Shown one piece after another: positions 16,221 through 29,619 of a stretch of 64,000 nucleotides of DNA. The stretch lies in NCBI RefSeq assembly GCF_009914755.1, contig NC_060945.1. One strand, written 5' to 3'. The stretch comes from the human T2T-CHM13v2.0 reference genome, Homo sapiens. The notes beneath the pieces are model-generated. The model had not been told where the DNA came from. It did not search any database and saw nothing but the letters and a program-made list of their open reading frames with translations. A program made the position numbers and the translations under genes. Every line of letters begins with the position of its first letter. The stretch's first letter is position 1.

Positions 16221-17366
16221 GTCTTTGAGTATAAAGACATCCATAGCAGGCTTTATCCAGCCAGCTTCTTTGGGATTCTTTATAGGGTTTCAGATCTATA
16301 GGATATCCACTAAAATATTCCTACTTCAAAAGGCAATAAAGTAAGTGGTATTATCATTCTTCAAAAAGTTATAATGGTAGTGTAGGCATTCATAGTATGA
16401 TTTAGTTCATTTGCTACTGTTTCTATTCTATCACCATATTAACACTTTCGTACACAATTCTATATTCAGCTGGGTTTCAGTTGAGCACAAAGTCATCCTT
16501 GTACTACCACCGATAGCTGGCACCAGCTCTTTGATACTGTTATCATTCTGCTGTAGAAAGTACCCGTGAACTGGAAAAAGTCCACACTCGAATAGCTAGT
16601 CATTCAACACTATCAAATTTTAGGTGACTTTTTGAAAAAATAGTATCTCTTGTTGCAAGAAATGCTCCATCTGTGATTTCAAGTCTCTCACTTGAGTGAA
16701 TTGGATGGAAGTGGTGAATTTCAGCCAAAGTGGCCAAAGAAATCCTGTTCCTGTGATAATGACTCCATCAGCCTCTGCACCTCTGTCTTCCCTTCTGCCA
16801 CATGTTGTCTGTTCTCCGTGACTTTGGTAAGAGCTTCCTTGTGTATGTGAATGATGTCCAGGATGTTTGTCTTGTGTCCCTGAGACAGCACTAACAGGTC
16901 CATGGCTGGGTCCAGGTCCTTCCTGGACTGACTGGCAAAGAGCTCACTGACAGAGTGGAAGGCATCTATACTGAAGTGGATGGCCTGGTCCAGCTCCAAG
17001 GCCTGGCTGAGGCTGAAGAAGAACTGTCAGGCTTCTGATGCTCTTTCTCAAAGCCTGCCACCACTCATTGGCTGTGAAGTTGACCTGAGTGCCCTGTTGT
17101 CCATCTTCTTGGTGAAGCACTTGAAGCCATCAATCTTGCTCTCCAACTCCTAAAAGTTGAGTGTCACACTGGGGGTGGGCTCAGAGCCAGGAAGAATCTG
17201 GCACTCACCATCTCATCCTTCTCAGCCTTCCTCTTGCCCTGTCTCCAGGCTATCTCTTCAGTGCTGGTGGGGCACATCAGGAAGTGACAAAAAATGTGGC
17301 ACTGCACCTGCATCCAGAAGCTGGCTGTGTGGTTCATCTACAAGATTGGGCCCTTTCTGCACTTGA
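16220..17366 (-). pseudogene. SNX18P (number unknown): Processed SNX18 pseudogene fragment (end of PX domain, BAR domain, 3'UTR)
   Basis: Minus strand reads ...[15 protein letters not shown]...ESKIDGFKCFTKKMD...ELDQA...DLDPAMDLL...[12 protein letters not shown]...[10 protein letters not shown]...DLKSQMEHFLQQEILFFQKVT...DSV, matching SNX18 as recalled; no intron; many indels. Confidence 0.9.
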
Positions 17367-17372
17367 ACATAG

Positions 17373-17534
17373 ATCCACTTCACCATAGATGCCTTCCACA
17401 CTGTCAGTGAGCTCTTTGCCCATCAGCCCAGGCAGGATCTGGACCCAGTCATGGACCTGTTAGTGCTGTCTCAGGGACACCAGGCCAACATTCTGGACAT
17501 CATCCACGTACACAAGGAAGCTCTTACCAGAGTC
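17373..17534 (+). pseudogene. Inverted duplicate of an internal SNX18P segment (copy of 16820-16981)
   Basis: ORF 17451 [26 protein letters not shown]; about 16 mismatches over 162 bp against the reverse complement of 16820-16981. Confidence 0.9.
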
Positions 17535-17696
17535 CTCCTCAAGATGGCCTGTGGTCTGCCTCTTGGCACCCGAGAAGCCCACAGTGCTGTAGAAGCCCCG
17601 ATGCTTGGACTGGAGCCCCAAAGGCGGCACACACCCCAGTTCTGAGCCTGCTGCTCATTTCCTCTATGTGGCTCCATTTGCAGCACATTTGTTGCA

Positions 17697-18047
17697 CTGA
17701 GACCTGTGCATGCCAGGCAAAGCCAAGATGGCTCAAAGAGCAACCACCCACCTCTGCAAGGGTGTGCCAGGAGCCAGTGTACCAGCCACCAACGTCACTC
17801 CCTGCCAGTCAGGGTAAATCAGTTATTCTGCCCTGGAGGTGGAGCCCCAGTGCCATCTGCTTTTCCTCAGGCCTCCACTCCATCAGCTGTCAGGTGGTGG
17901 TCACTCAGACTGTGGGAAACTGGCCATCCCTGTTTCCTTGAGTGCGTGACGTTGGTGACTGCTCCACCTGCTACTGGCATACCCTTGCAGAGGTGGCTGG
18001 TTGCTCTTTGAGCCAGCTTGGCCTTGCCTGGTATGCACAGGCCCCAG
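17697..18047. repeat. Inverted repeat/palindrome, ~105-bp arms and ~143-bp spacer (REP522-like)
   Basis: 17697-17800 is the reverse complement of 17944-18047, e.g. ggctcaaagagcaacca.ccacctctgcaaggg on both arms. Confidence 0.85.
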
Positions 18048-19419
18048 GTACTGAGAAGCTGCTCCGAGTAAGTTTGTCTTGGGCCAAATTCTAAGTCTGG
18101 CCAGGGCCACAGAAGGCCGAGTCCCCTGGGTGGTAATCCTGGCTGCTGCAGGGGGGCCCATGGTCCCCCTCCCCTCCCAGGGCTCAGGATGAGGTCCGAC
18201 TGGGACAGGATGCTTTAGGTATGGGACTTGTGCCCCAGGAGGGGACCTCTGTCACACACGTTGGGTGAGAATATGTATGGCATGCTGCTGGCTGCCAGGG
18301 CTGTTGGGATGCACGTTCACCCTTCCCTTCAGGGACCTCAAAGTGACCAGCTTCCCCTTTATGAGTGACTTCCCAAGGCCCAGGAGCCATTTGGGGCTGC
18401 AGAGCAGCTGGCTGCATGCTGCCCTGGCTTCTTCCATGTTGTGCTGGTCACTACCTACCAAGGGGTGTCAGATGCAGGCACAATGTAGGACGATTGTCTC
18501 TGGGCCTGTGTCTTGGTTATCATGGAGCTAGACTGGGCCTGGTGACAGGGCCCTGATGGGGTTGTCCTGTGTGGTCACGGAGGTGATCAGAAAAGATGCA
18601 GAATGGAATTGCTGCGAGGATGAATGAGATGACTGTCAGCACATAACAGGCAGCTGGTGAGTGTTCAGGGATTACCCTCAGTAGCTGCCCAGAGACCAAA
18701 ACCATCCACCTGATAGTGACTTTTCCCAAGCCAGAAGGAAGAGAAAAGAGCAGGTCCCACTCACCTGAATCTGATCAGTGAGCTGTGTTGAGATGTGCCT
18801 CTCATCTAGAAAATGGTCCTTCACGCAGAGCTACTCACAGACACTGCTGTGTGTCTCTAACTGCTCCACAACACAGAGGCGATGGGGACTCAGCAACAGT
18901 GACATTGTGGGGTGACACAACCCACCACCATGGGAGTCTGCTTGGGTCAACAGGGCCCAGAGTCAGTGTCCTCTATCCCCTGAACTGACATGTGTGTATG
19001 CAATGTATTTGTGTATGCATATGTGCCTGTGTGTGTGTGAGTGTGTATGTGTGTGTTTGTCTTGCTTCTCTGGACAGGCCTAGCTTCTCCACTCATGGGT
19101 GCACCCAGGTCCTCATCACTGTCACCTTAGAGCATTAGAGCCTCTATAGGTGCTCCCCAATCTCTGCCCTCCCCACCCATGGTGGTCCTGGGGATGCAGA
19201 CAGAGGAGGGGCACTGCATAATGCTGAGAGGGCTGGCACCCTCTCTAGGTGGAACACAGGTCATTTGTAAAGTTCTAGGTCTGCCAAGCAGTATTGGATT
19301 CAACACATCTTCTCACCTTCTCTTTCCAGCCACCCTCCAGGGTGCCCCGACTCACTTTCCCTGCAGATGGAGGCAAGGAGGCTCCACAGACAACCCCCCT
19401 GCCTGAGGTCACATAGTGG

Positions 19420-20040
19420 CCAGCAGGCCAGGTACTGACAAACTGCCCCTGACCAGGTTCCCAGTGATGAGTGATGAGACCCCTAATGACCACTCCTCCA
19501 TTGACCAGGTCCCACTGATCAAGTCCCCACTGACCATGTCTTCCTAACCAGGCCCACACTTAATAGGCCTCATGGGCCAGACCCCACTGACCAATTTTCC
19601 ACTGACCTGGTCCCCATTGACAAGACAGGGTTCCCACTGACAAGACCACAATTTACCAGGTTGCTGCTCAACCGACCCCCCACTGAACAATTCTCCATGA
19701 ACGAGTACCCAGCTGACTGAGCTCCCTCTGACCAGGCCCTCACTGACCAGGCTCCAAGCCACTAAGGCCCCACACTGACCAGGCCCGTGATATATTGTGT
19801 ATGCCCCACCAACCAGTTTTTCATTGTTTATGTTCCAACAGATCAGGCCCCACTAATAAAGCCACCACTGACTAGGTCCCCCCACTGACCAGGCTTCCAA
19901 TGACTAGGTCACCAGGTCCCCACTGATGAGGCCTTTACTGAGGAGGCTGCCACTAACCAGGCCCCTGCTGATCAGGTCCCAAATGACCAGGTCCTGATGA
20001 CCAGGTCATCTCTGACCATGGTCCACTGACCAGGCCCCGG
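19420..20040 (+). repeat. Degenerate ~15-16-bp tandem repeat (CCCCACTGACCAGG), array 2
   Basis: Same motif and orientation as 14180-15075. Confidence 0.75.
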
Positions 20041-21339
20041 AGCAACGGGGTTCAAAGTCTCATTACAATGTCCCCCTCAGCTCATAGACCCTCCCTCCCT
20101 GCATGTGTGCCCAGAGGTCAGGCCCTGGGGTTTTTTTTTGGGACGTGGCCTTTCCTCCAAGACACAGGGAGAGACAGTTGGCCTCAGGCTCCAGGTTCCC
20201 AGCTCCACACTCACCCCAAAGGCCCTCTGGGCCCGTCTCAAAGGAGAAAGTGAGGTGGCCTGACACTGCCTGGACACACCATCTACCCTATTCCTGAGTG
20301 TCAGGGTGTGAGGAAGGGAGGGACATTTGGCAGATAAGGCACGCTGTGCTGTTGGGTCTCTCAGGGCCCTTCCCACAGAGCCCCGATCTAAAGACAGAAC
20401 ACAGAGGCTACAGGAAGACTAATCCAGAACCTCTGAGACAGCCAGGGACCACATGAGGACTCTCCCCAGACAGCCAGAAGGCCCTTTGCTAGTTTCTTGG
20501 TACTTCAGTGGATGTGGCAGTGGTTCTTCTGTTGGGGACCAGTGAGTACACACTGGGGAGGGCTCACCTGTGCTTCCTCAGTGGCTCCACCTCTGCTTCT
20601 AAAAAAAATGACTCATTCCAGAGCTGGCGCAGAGAAAATACAAGCTGAGCTTAGAACATCTTCTGCCAGAAAGTAAAAAAGTGCCGACAGAGTAATGGAG
20701 ACAAATCAAAGAGACATAAAGTCAGCTTGGAATGTCTACTACTGGCCTAATCTTGGGGAATTGGAGCATCAGAATCATGAGCTTTCCTTCTCCCTTATTT
20801 ATTGGTTTTATTTCTCCATGTAGAACAAAGAAGAGAATAAGAAAATAATCATCTGGTAACCATCATAGTAATAATTGTTCAAACACAAGTCATCCATGAA
20901 ATGCTAAATCTAGTGGGTTCTGAGGAGTAACCAGATATTTACAGAGCCTCAAAGTATCTCCATACAAAATACAGTTGAACTACAAAAAGAAAATTGTAAC
21001 ATTAACATGGACAAACCTGGCAGTTACTCCTTAACTCTCCTAAGTAATAAAAACTGTAAAATGCAAATAAGCCTTCGATGACCTTTACTAACCTTTACTA
21101 AAGTATCAGTGATGACTTGGTTGTTTAAACAGCTGACATTTGGGCAATTTGAGTATGTCAAACTCAATAATACTGGTTTTCATTTGCAAGATCCACTTAA
21201 AACTTAAGGAGGCCAAAAAACATCATTTAAAATACCCTATAAATTATAATCATACATATGATACAAAAATATCCTACTTCAGTAAATATTGGAATGTTAT
21301 ATATTTTATGAGAAACAATTAAAATGTGTAAATAGCCCA

Positions 21340-21482
21340 GTAATAAAGTTTTATAATCTTTTAAATCATCATAGAATTTTTCCTTAAGACTTTATGGTTA
21401 AATATTCTCTTCATTAGATGTGGCTTACCCGTGGATTCTAGAGAAGAAAGTAGATGGGAGCAAGTGTCCAATACAGCAACAG
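21340..21482 (-). pseudogene. Remnant of the ANKRD26-type terminal exon, with an internal GTAAGC donor at 21428
   Basis: Polypyrimidine tract tttctttccag|ctgttgctgtattgg; downstream ...gtcttaaggaaaaattctatgatg resembles VLKKNYMI. Confidence 0.5.
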
Positions 21483-21689
21483 CTGGAAAGAAAAATAAAG
21501 AATTTTGTTCTTTACCTAAAACACTTCAGTTAACTAAGTGTGAGTTTAAAAACTAAAGACTTGAGAACTTTATCAGAGTTAATAAGAATGAGAAATATGT
21601 ATGTACATTTACAATACAAAATTACTATTTAATAATTTACACATGGCATTAATTGTAATTGTGTTTAAATATCAGAACTTTTTCAGTCT

Positions 21690-22200
21690 TCATTCATGTA
21701 ATCAACAGCCACATGCTAAGGTACTAGAACCAGCACTGGAATTACAAGATGAAGATGGCATGGTCCACCTCTCAACAGTCATAAGCTATAACCTAAAAAA
21801 CAGACAGGCAGGCAATGTCCATATAGAGTCATAGATACCGTGACAGGTATACAGCAGGGCACTACTGGAACACAGAGAAGGGACATCTACCCACTTTTAT
21901 GTCAATATCATGGGCTTTCTGGTGGAGGAGATAACATAGGTTGATACCTGAAGGACAAGGAAAAGCTTCCCAGATAGAGGAAAGAGGCAAAGGCAAAGAG
22001 CCTGAGGTGAGGAAGAGCCCTGCAGAGTTCCACTCCATCCAGTTTGGTGCTAGAGCAAAGGGCAGAGTGCAGTAAGTGGTGAGAAACAAGGCTGAGTAAC
22101 TTGGCAAGAATTACATTGACATGGGTGTTTTTATTTCATGGTGAAAAATTTGGAACTTTTCCTGAGAACAAGTGTAAGCCAATGACACAGTAAATTAGAG
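21690..22200 (-). mobile_element. L2 fragment
   Basis: 'cattcatgtaatcaacagc...gcactggaattacaagatgaa' L2 3'-end pattern. Confidence 0.55.
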
Positions 22201-23000
22201 GAGATTTAAAATGTCACCTGTCAAGTGACTGCTTATGAAGGGTTATTGCTCAGCTAAGTATTTCTGAATGAGTCTTAGGTCTGTTGGCCTTCAATCTCTA
22301 CCGAAACCCTGAGAACTTGATGATGCTTTTGTTTTCTGAGAATCGTTTCAGTGTGCTGGCTGACAGTTCCATGAGGATGGCAAAACTTAAGAAACTGTAG
22401 AGCCAGTGAAAAAGAGATGCACAGACTTCTTGGGAACTGTTTAAGCTTAGGAACATGATGAATTTATGGTGCATAAGTACAGTCTTCTCTGTGAAAGTTT
22501 TTGTTTTCACATCTTTCATTAGATGTGTGTAAGAAAAAAATATTGATGTAGTATCTACTAACCCAAGAATGAAAAGGAATGCCATTTGCTATTTACACTT
22601 TATTTCTAAAATAAACCTAAATTTAATTAATAAATTTTGTCAACGTACTTCTCTTTGTTTCTCTAATTATTTATTCTACACATTCCAGCCCCATCTAAAA
22701 TAAGTAAAAATAATAATAATGTCTAAATTAAACAAGAAACATTATCATGAAAATCATGTATCACTTACAAAATGTGGCCTTCAGTATTTTTAGTGACTAG
22801 ACATAACTTGAAGTTTGCTTAAATAGAAAAATAATCACATAAATAAAATAAAATTTCTACTTATTTTAAGTTTAGATAACAGAGGATGTATATGTGTAAT
22901 GCTGTTTAGAGTAATCTGACAAAAATGCAGTTAATATTGATCTATTGCATATACATGATTTTAGAAAGGTAGTGTTTTATTAGTACAAAGGTTAAACAAT

Positions 23001-23348
<348 letters not shown>

Positions 23349-23439
23349 TTAGAAAACTCTGCCCTTTATAAAAGTTTAATCCATTTTTTACTTCAATAAA
23401 TTTTATCTTAAAAAGAAATTTCTGTTCTCTACTTATAGT

Positions 23440-24610
23440 AAACTTTTCTTTTTTTTTTCTAGTTTGTATTCTAAATTAACGTGGTACCTCTGTAAGTTTC
23501 TTCCAAAGGCATATTGAGGGATACCGAGGTTTGCAGTACAATTAAACCCATCACACAGGTTGTGAGCATAGGACCCAAGAAGTAGTTTTTCAACCCTGGC
23601 CCACTCTGTCCCTCCCCATTCTTATTTCCCAGTGTCTATTATTCCCACCTTTATGACAATGTGCACCCAATATGTAGCTCCCACATGAGTGAAAACATGA
23701 GATATTTGGTTTCTGTTTCTGCGTTGGTTTGCTTAGGAGAGTGGATTCCAGCTGTATTCATGTTGCTGCAAATGATGTGATTTTGTTCTTTTCATGGCTG
23801 CATAGTATTCCATGGTATATATGGAATTTTCCAATCTACCTTGGATTTTCAATCTACCTTGGATGTACCTGGATTGACTCCACATCTTTGCTATTGTGAA
23901 TAGTGCTGCAATGAACATACATGTGTATACATCTTTTTGTTACAATGATTTATTGTCCTTTCGGTATACCCCTAGTATAGTAATGGGGTTGCTGCATCCA
24001 ACAGTCATTCTTAGTTCTTAATTTCCAAACTGCTCTCCATAGTAGCTGAATTAATTTACATTGCCACAAACGGTTTGTGTTCCCTTTTCTCCACAGCCTC
24101 CCCAACATCCTTTTATAAGTTTTTATTTATTATTTGTTTTTAACAAAAGTCATTGTGACTGGTGTGAAATGGTATCTCATTGATGTTTTGTGTGGCATTT
24201 TTCTGATGATTAGCAATGGTAAGCATTTTTTAATGTTTGTTGGCCACTTACGTGTGTTATTTTGAGAACTGTCTGTTCATGTCCTTTGCCCATTTATAAT
24301 GGTCTTATTTATTTTTTGCTTGTTGATTTGTTTAGGTCTCTTATGGATTCTGGATAATAGGCGTTTGCTATATCCATACTTTGTGAATATTTTCTTCCAT
24401 TCTTTTAGGCTTTCTGTTTAATCTCGTGATAGTTTCTCATGCTGTGCAGAAGCTATTTAGCTAAATTAGATCACACTTGTCAATTTTTGTTATTCTTGCA
24501 ATTGCTTTTGAGGACTTAGCCATAAATTAATTGACAAATATGATATCCAGAAGAGTATTTCCTAGGTTTTTTCCAGGATTTTTATAGTCAGAAGATGTAC
24601 TCTTATGTAA
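23440..24610 (-). mobile_element. L1 (older primate L1PA/PB) 3' end
   Basis: ORF2 C-terminal MFIAALFTIAK on the minus strand; 3'UTR motifs. Confidence 0.85.
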
Positions 24611-24624
24611 AGAAAGCACAAACC

Positions 24625-24918
24625 TTTTTTTTGTTTTGTTTTGAGACAGAGTCTCCATCACCAAGGCTATAGTGCAGTGGTATGATCTTGGCTTACTGCA
24701 ACCTCTGTCTCCTGGGTTCAAGTGATTCTCCTGCCTCAGCCTCCTGAGTATCTGAGATTACACATGCCTGCCAACACGCCTTGCTAATTTTTGTATTTTT
24801 ACTAGAGACAGGTTTCATCATGTTGGCCAGGCTGGTCTCAAACTCCTGACGTCAGGTGATTCACCTGCCTCGGCCTCCCCAAATTTTGGGATTACAAGTG
24901 TGAGCCACCATGCCTGGC
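24625..24918 (-). mobile_element. Alu (Sx-like)
   Basis: Antisense Alu; 'aagcacaaa' on both flanks. Confidence 0.9.
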
Positions 24919-25096
24919 CAAGCACAAAGCTTTTAAAATAAAAAGGGAAATGAACATTTTAGTGTTTTGTTTAATTCATAAAATGCAATTATTTTGGATT
25001 CTACTAAATAATAAACATCCATATGTGGCAAAGTGGATGCTAATCATTCAGTTGTGATTATGGGTGGGAAGAATTGAGACGGTGCAAATAAACTTT

Positions 25097-25399
25097 TTTA
25101 ATTTTTTTTTTATTTTCAAGATGGAGTCTTGCCCTGTCACCCAGGCTGGAGTGCAGTGGTGCAATCTCAGCTCCTGCAACCTCCGTCTCCCAGGTTCAAG
25201 CAATTCTCTGCCTCAGCCTTCCTAGTAGCTGGGATTACAGGTGCCCACCACCACACCAGGCTAATATTTTTTTTGTACTTTTAGTAGAGTTGGGGTTTCA
25301 CCATCTTGGCCAGGCTGGTCTTGAACTCCTGACCTCGTGATACACCTGCCTCAGCCTCCCAAAGTGCTGGGATTACAGGCATGAGCCACCACACCTGGC
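25097..25399 (-). mobile_element. Alu
   Basis: Antisense Alu; TSD ggtgcaaa(t/g)aaacttt. Confidence 0.92.
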
Positions 25400-25428
25400 T
25401 GGTGCAAAGAAACTTTAAAAGTGGCATG

Positions 25429-25743
<315 letters not shown>

Positions 25744-26099
25744 CTAAACTATAATCAATTAGAGAGTAAGCCAGACCATCTCAAAGTATATCATCACTTA
25801 TCAGGCAATAACATGCAATTTCTAAAACCTAACTTAAATGCAGCTTTTAAAGACATTTCAAACATGTCAGTTTAGTCACGTTTCTTGAATAAAGTTAGCA
25901 AATGGATATCTCTTGAAAATGAGAGCTCCAGGGAATTAAAAAATGTAAAGTTCCCATTTCCTTTCTGTGTTAACACAGCTAATTATGATCTTTACTTCAC
26001 ATGCAAAAGTCAACAGAACAACTCAGTATTTCACCAAATTATAAACAAGAATTACGCTAGAGAAATGAAACCCTAAAGAGAAACGGTCATATAACTAAC

Positions 26100-26320
<221 letters not shown>

Positions 26321-27657
26321 CTGTAAAGGTAGCAAAGACAAATGCTTAATATTTCATTTTTCCTTAAATGATTCTTAATGACTTGCAGTTTTTAAAAACT
26401 TACCCTGAGAGTAAACCAAATTACCCACTAAATAGTGTTTTCACACAGAAGATGTGTAAGAGCATACCTGTTGTAAGGAATTATAATTTTAAAATCATTC
26501 TAAAGAAGCACCATTGTTTCTAAGCTGATTTCTACTGAACTAGCAGTTCAAACAAAGTAGACAGGGAAGAGAAATGGCTATCAGTGATGTATGGCTCAAC
26601 AGGTAAAACTTCCTGCCTTCTAAAATGGCTGTACTTGGAAGATTCTGAAGATTCCATTAGAAATACTTGTATTTAAAGGGTAATAATGTGGGAAAATGAA
26701 TATGTTGATTTGCTTGATTATAAGAACCACTTCACTAGAAATAATTATATCAAAACATCATGTTGTACTCCTTAATGTACGTTAAGAAAACTAAAATGAA
26801 CGAAAAAAAATCTAGGAACACTTGTGTTTAGTAAACCAGTTTTAGATTTCACTCTTGTACATTTCACCCATTATCTAGGACCAATTAAACATTTGGCACT
26901 GAGGAATAATTCAGAGCAACAACTCCTAGGGGAGAACTAGATTGTCTGGTTGGTGATCAAAAAGAATTGAAGCATCTCTGAAGGCAATTAGTCCCCAACA
27001 CTGTGACCAAGGCCCCGGAGGTGGGGCATGTTCTTTCTGCCTTCCACACACCGCTTCAGGCTGAACAAGGTGTTATTTTTTTAACCGCTTTGTGAATTAC
27101 ACTTCTTTAAATTCCTGTGATAATTATTCCCTATTTCACAAGGGTGCCTTTCTGTAACATCTTGAATATGTTACACAAATAGTCTTTCTTGAGGCACCCT
27201 CTGGTGATAATACTAAAGATCACAATCAAAAACAATTGTGCCCAGAGTAGAAGTACCACTTTACATTTAGGTTGTGATCCACTGAAAAGTAAATTAAACA
27301 CATTAATATTTCTATTTAGGGAAATTCTGACAAGTAATTTTATAACAAGGTCACTTCATTGATTACAAAGCTTCAAAAATACTTAGTGAAAAAAACTAAC
27401 AGATCAGGTTAATTACATGAGACTTTTCAGGAAAAAAAGCCATACAAAAGCAAAAAAAAAAAAAATGAGAGGAGAGACAAAAACTATCTTTGACTAACAT
27501 TTTAAAGGTAAAATTATTTACTAACATTATTTTTCAAAATTACATTGTCAAATTAGCATTCACTTCCTTCTAATCTGAAGCCATCTCACTAAAAATTATG
27601 CTTTTGAAACAAATTAATGAGCTTAATTCATTTTCTATGAGTGTATGTTTTGACTTA

Positions 27658-27894
<237 letters not shown>

Positions 27895-28364
27895 TTAAAA
27901 CAATTATAACCTAATTATTATGTTTGTTGCCTTTCATTTTGAGTCAGCGATTCAAAGAGTATTTTTGAATATGTTAAAAAAGAGGATGAAGTTTAAAATA
28001 TTTCAGCAATATCAAAACTAATAACTGAATTCAGAATTAAGTCTGATTTGTAAAAATTTGAAATCATAATTATGCTAGTATTAATGTAATCTGGTCATAT
28101 AAAAAGTAATAGAATTCATTCATAGTTTTAAAAAGTGATCAATGAACACTGTAGCTAAAGACCAATTCATAATTATCACATAATTTCTAAATCACAATTT
28201 TTTCCTATGCCAACTGGTCTTAATCATCAAATTACTCCATAATGAGAATCATTACTCTGAAAGATTGATTTTGTTATAATAATAATGGAAATTTAAATAT
28301 TTAAAAGAAAAAACAGATACCATTTTTTTCTAGAACTCTACAAAGCAGATTGCTACAAGAGAGG

Positions 28365-28883
<519 letters not shown>

Positions 28884-29233
28884 TTATCTGTAATGCAGCA
28901 GATTCTTCAAATGTGAACCCTTAAATTACTCAGAATTTTAAGAACAAAGTTAAAGCTACCATGAGTCATAAAAATATATTCTTTACTATCATCATCTTTG
29001 CCACAGAATTTTTGGACTTCATTTTACTTTTATTTTTCTGATAATTCATTTTTGTTCCTCCTTAAATGGCACAAAGTTATCTCCTAGTAAAAAGTGTCTA
29101 ACCCCCTTCCTTCATTATCATTCCCCACAGTATGTCAAAAAAAGTTTCAGAGATATCATATTGAGTTATTTAGGCCAAAGTCAATAAATGGGTCTAGGAA
29201 TAAGACTTTGAAAGTGATATTACACTCTATATT

Positions 29234-29526
29234 AGGCATGGTGGCTCATGCCTGTAATCCTAGCACTTTAAAAAGCTGTGGCAGAAAGATCACTTGAGGC
29301 CAGGAATTTGAGATCAGCCAGAGCAACATAGTGAGACCCCCATCTCTACAAAAAAAAATTTTTTTAATTACCCGGGCATGGTGGCTCATGCCTGTAGACC
29401 CAGCTAGTTGGGATACTGAGGCAAAAGGATGGCTTGTACCCAGAGTTCAGGGCTGCAGTGAATTATTATCGCTGCACTTCTGCCTGGATGACAGACAAAG
29501 ACCCTATCTCAAAAAACAACACAAAA
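29234..29526 (+). mobile_element. AluJ-like
   Basis: Diverged dimer. Confidence 0.85.
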
Positions 29527-29619
29527 TAATGAAATCTATGATTAAGGATTCTGATGCTATAAGCCTTTCCTTAAACTGCAAATGTTTCATGCTAATTTGA
29601 ATTGCATTTTAAGAAGTAA

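Noticed and set aside
16721-16999. 92-aa SNX18 BAR-like ORF as a functional retrogene
   Set aside because: Starts at a non-ATG codon, is flanked by frameshifts and stops, and lacks the SH3 domain and most of the PX domain.
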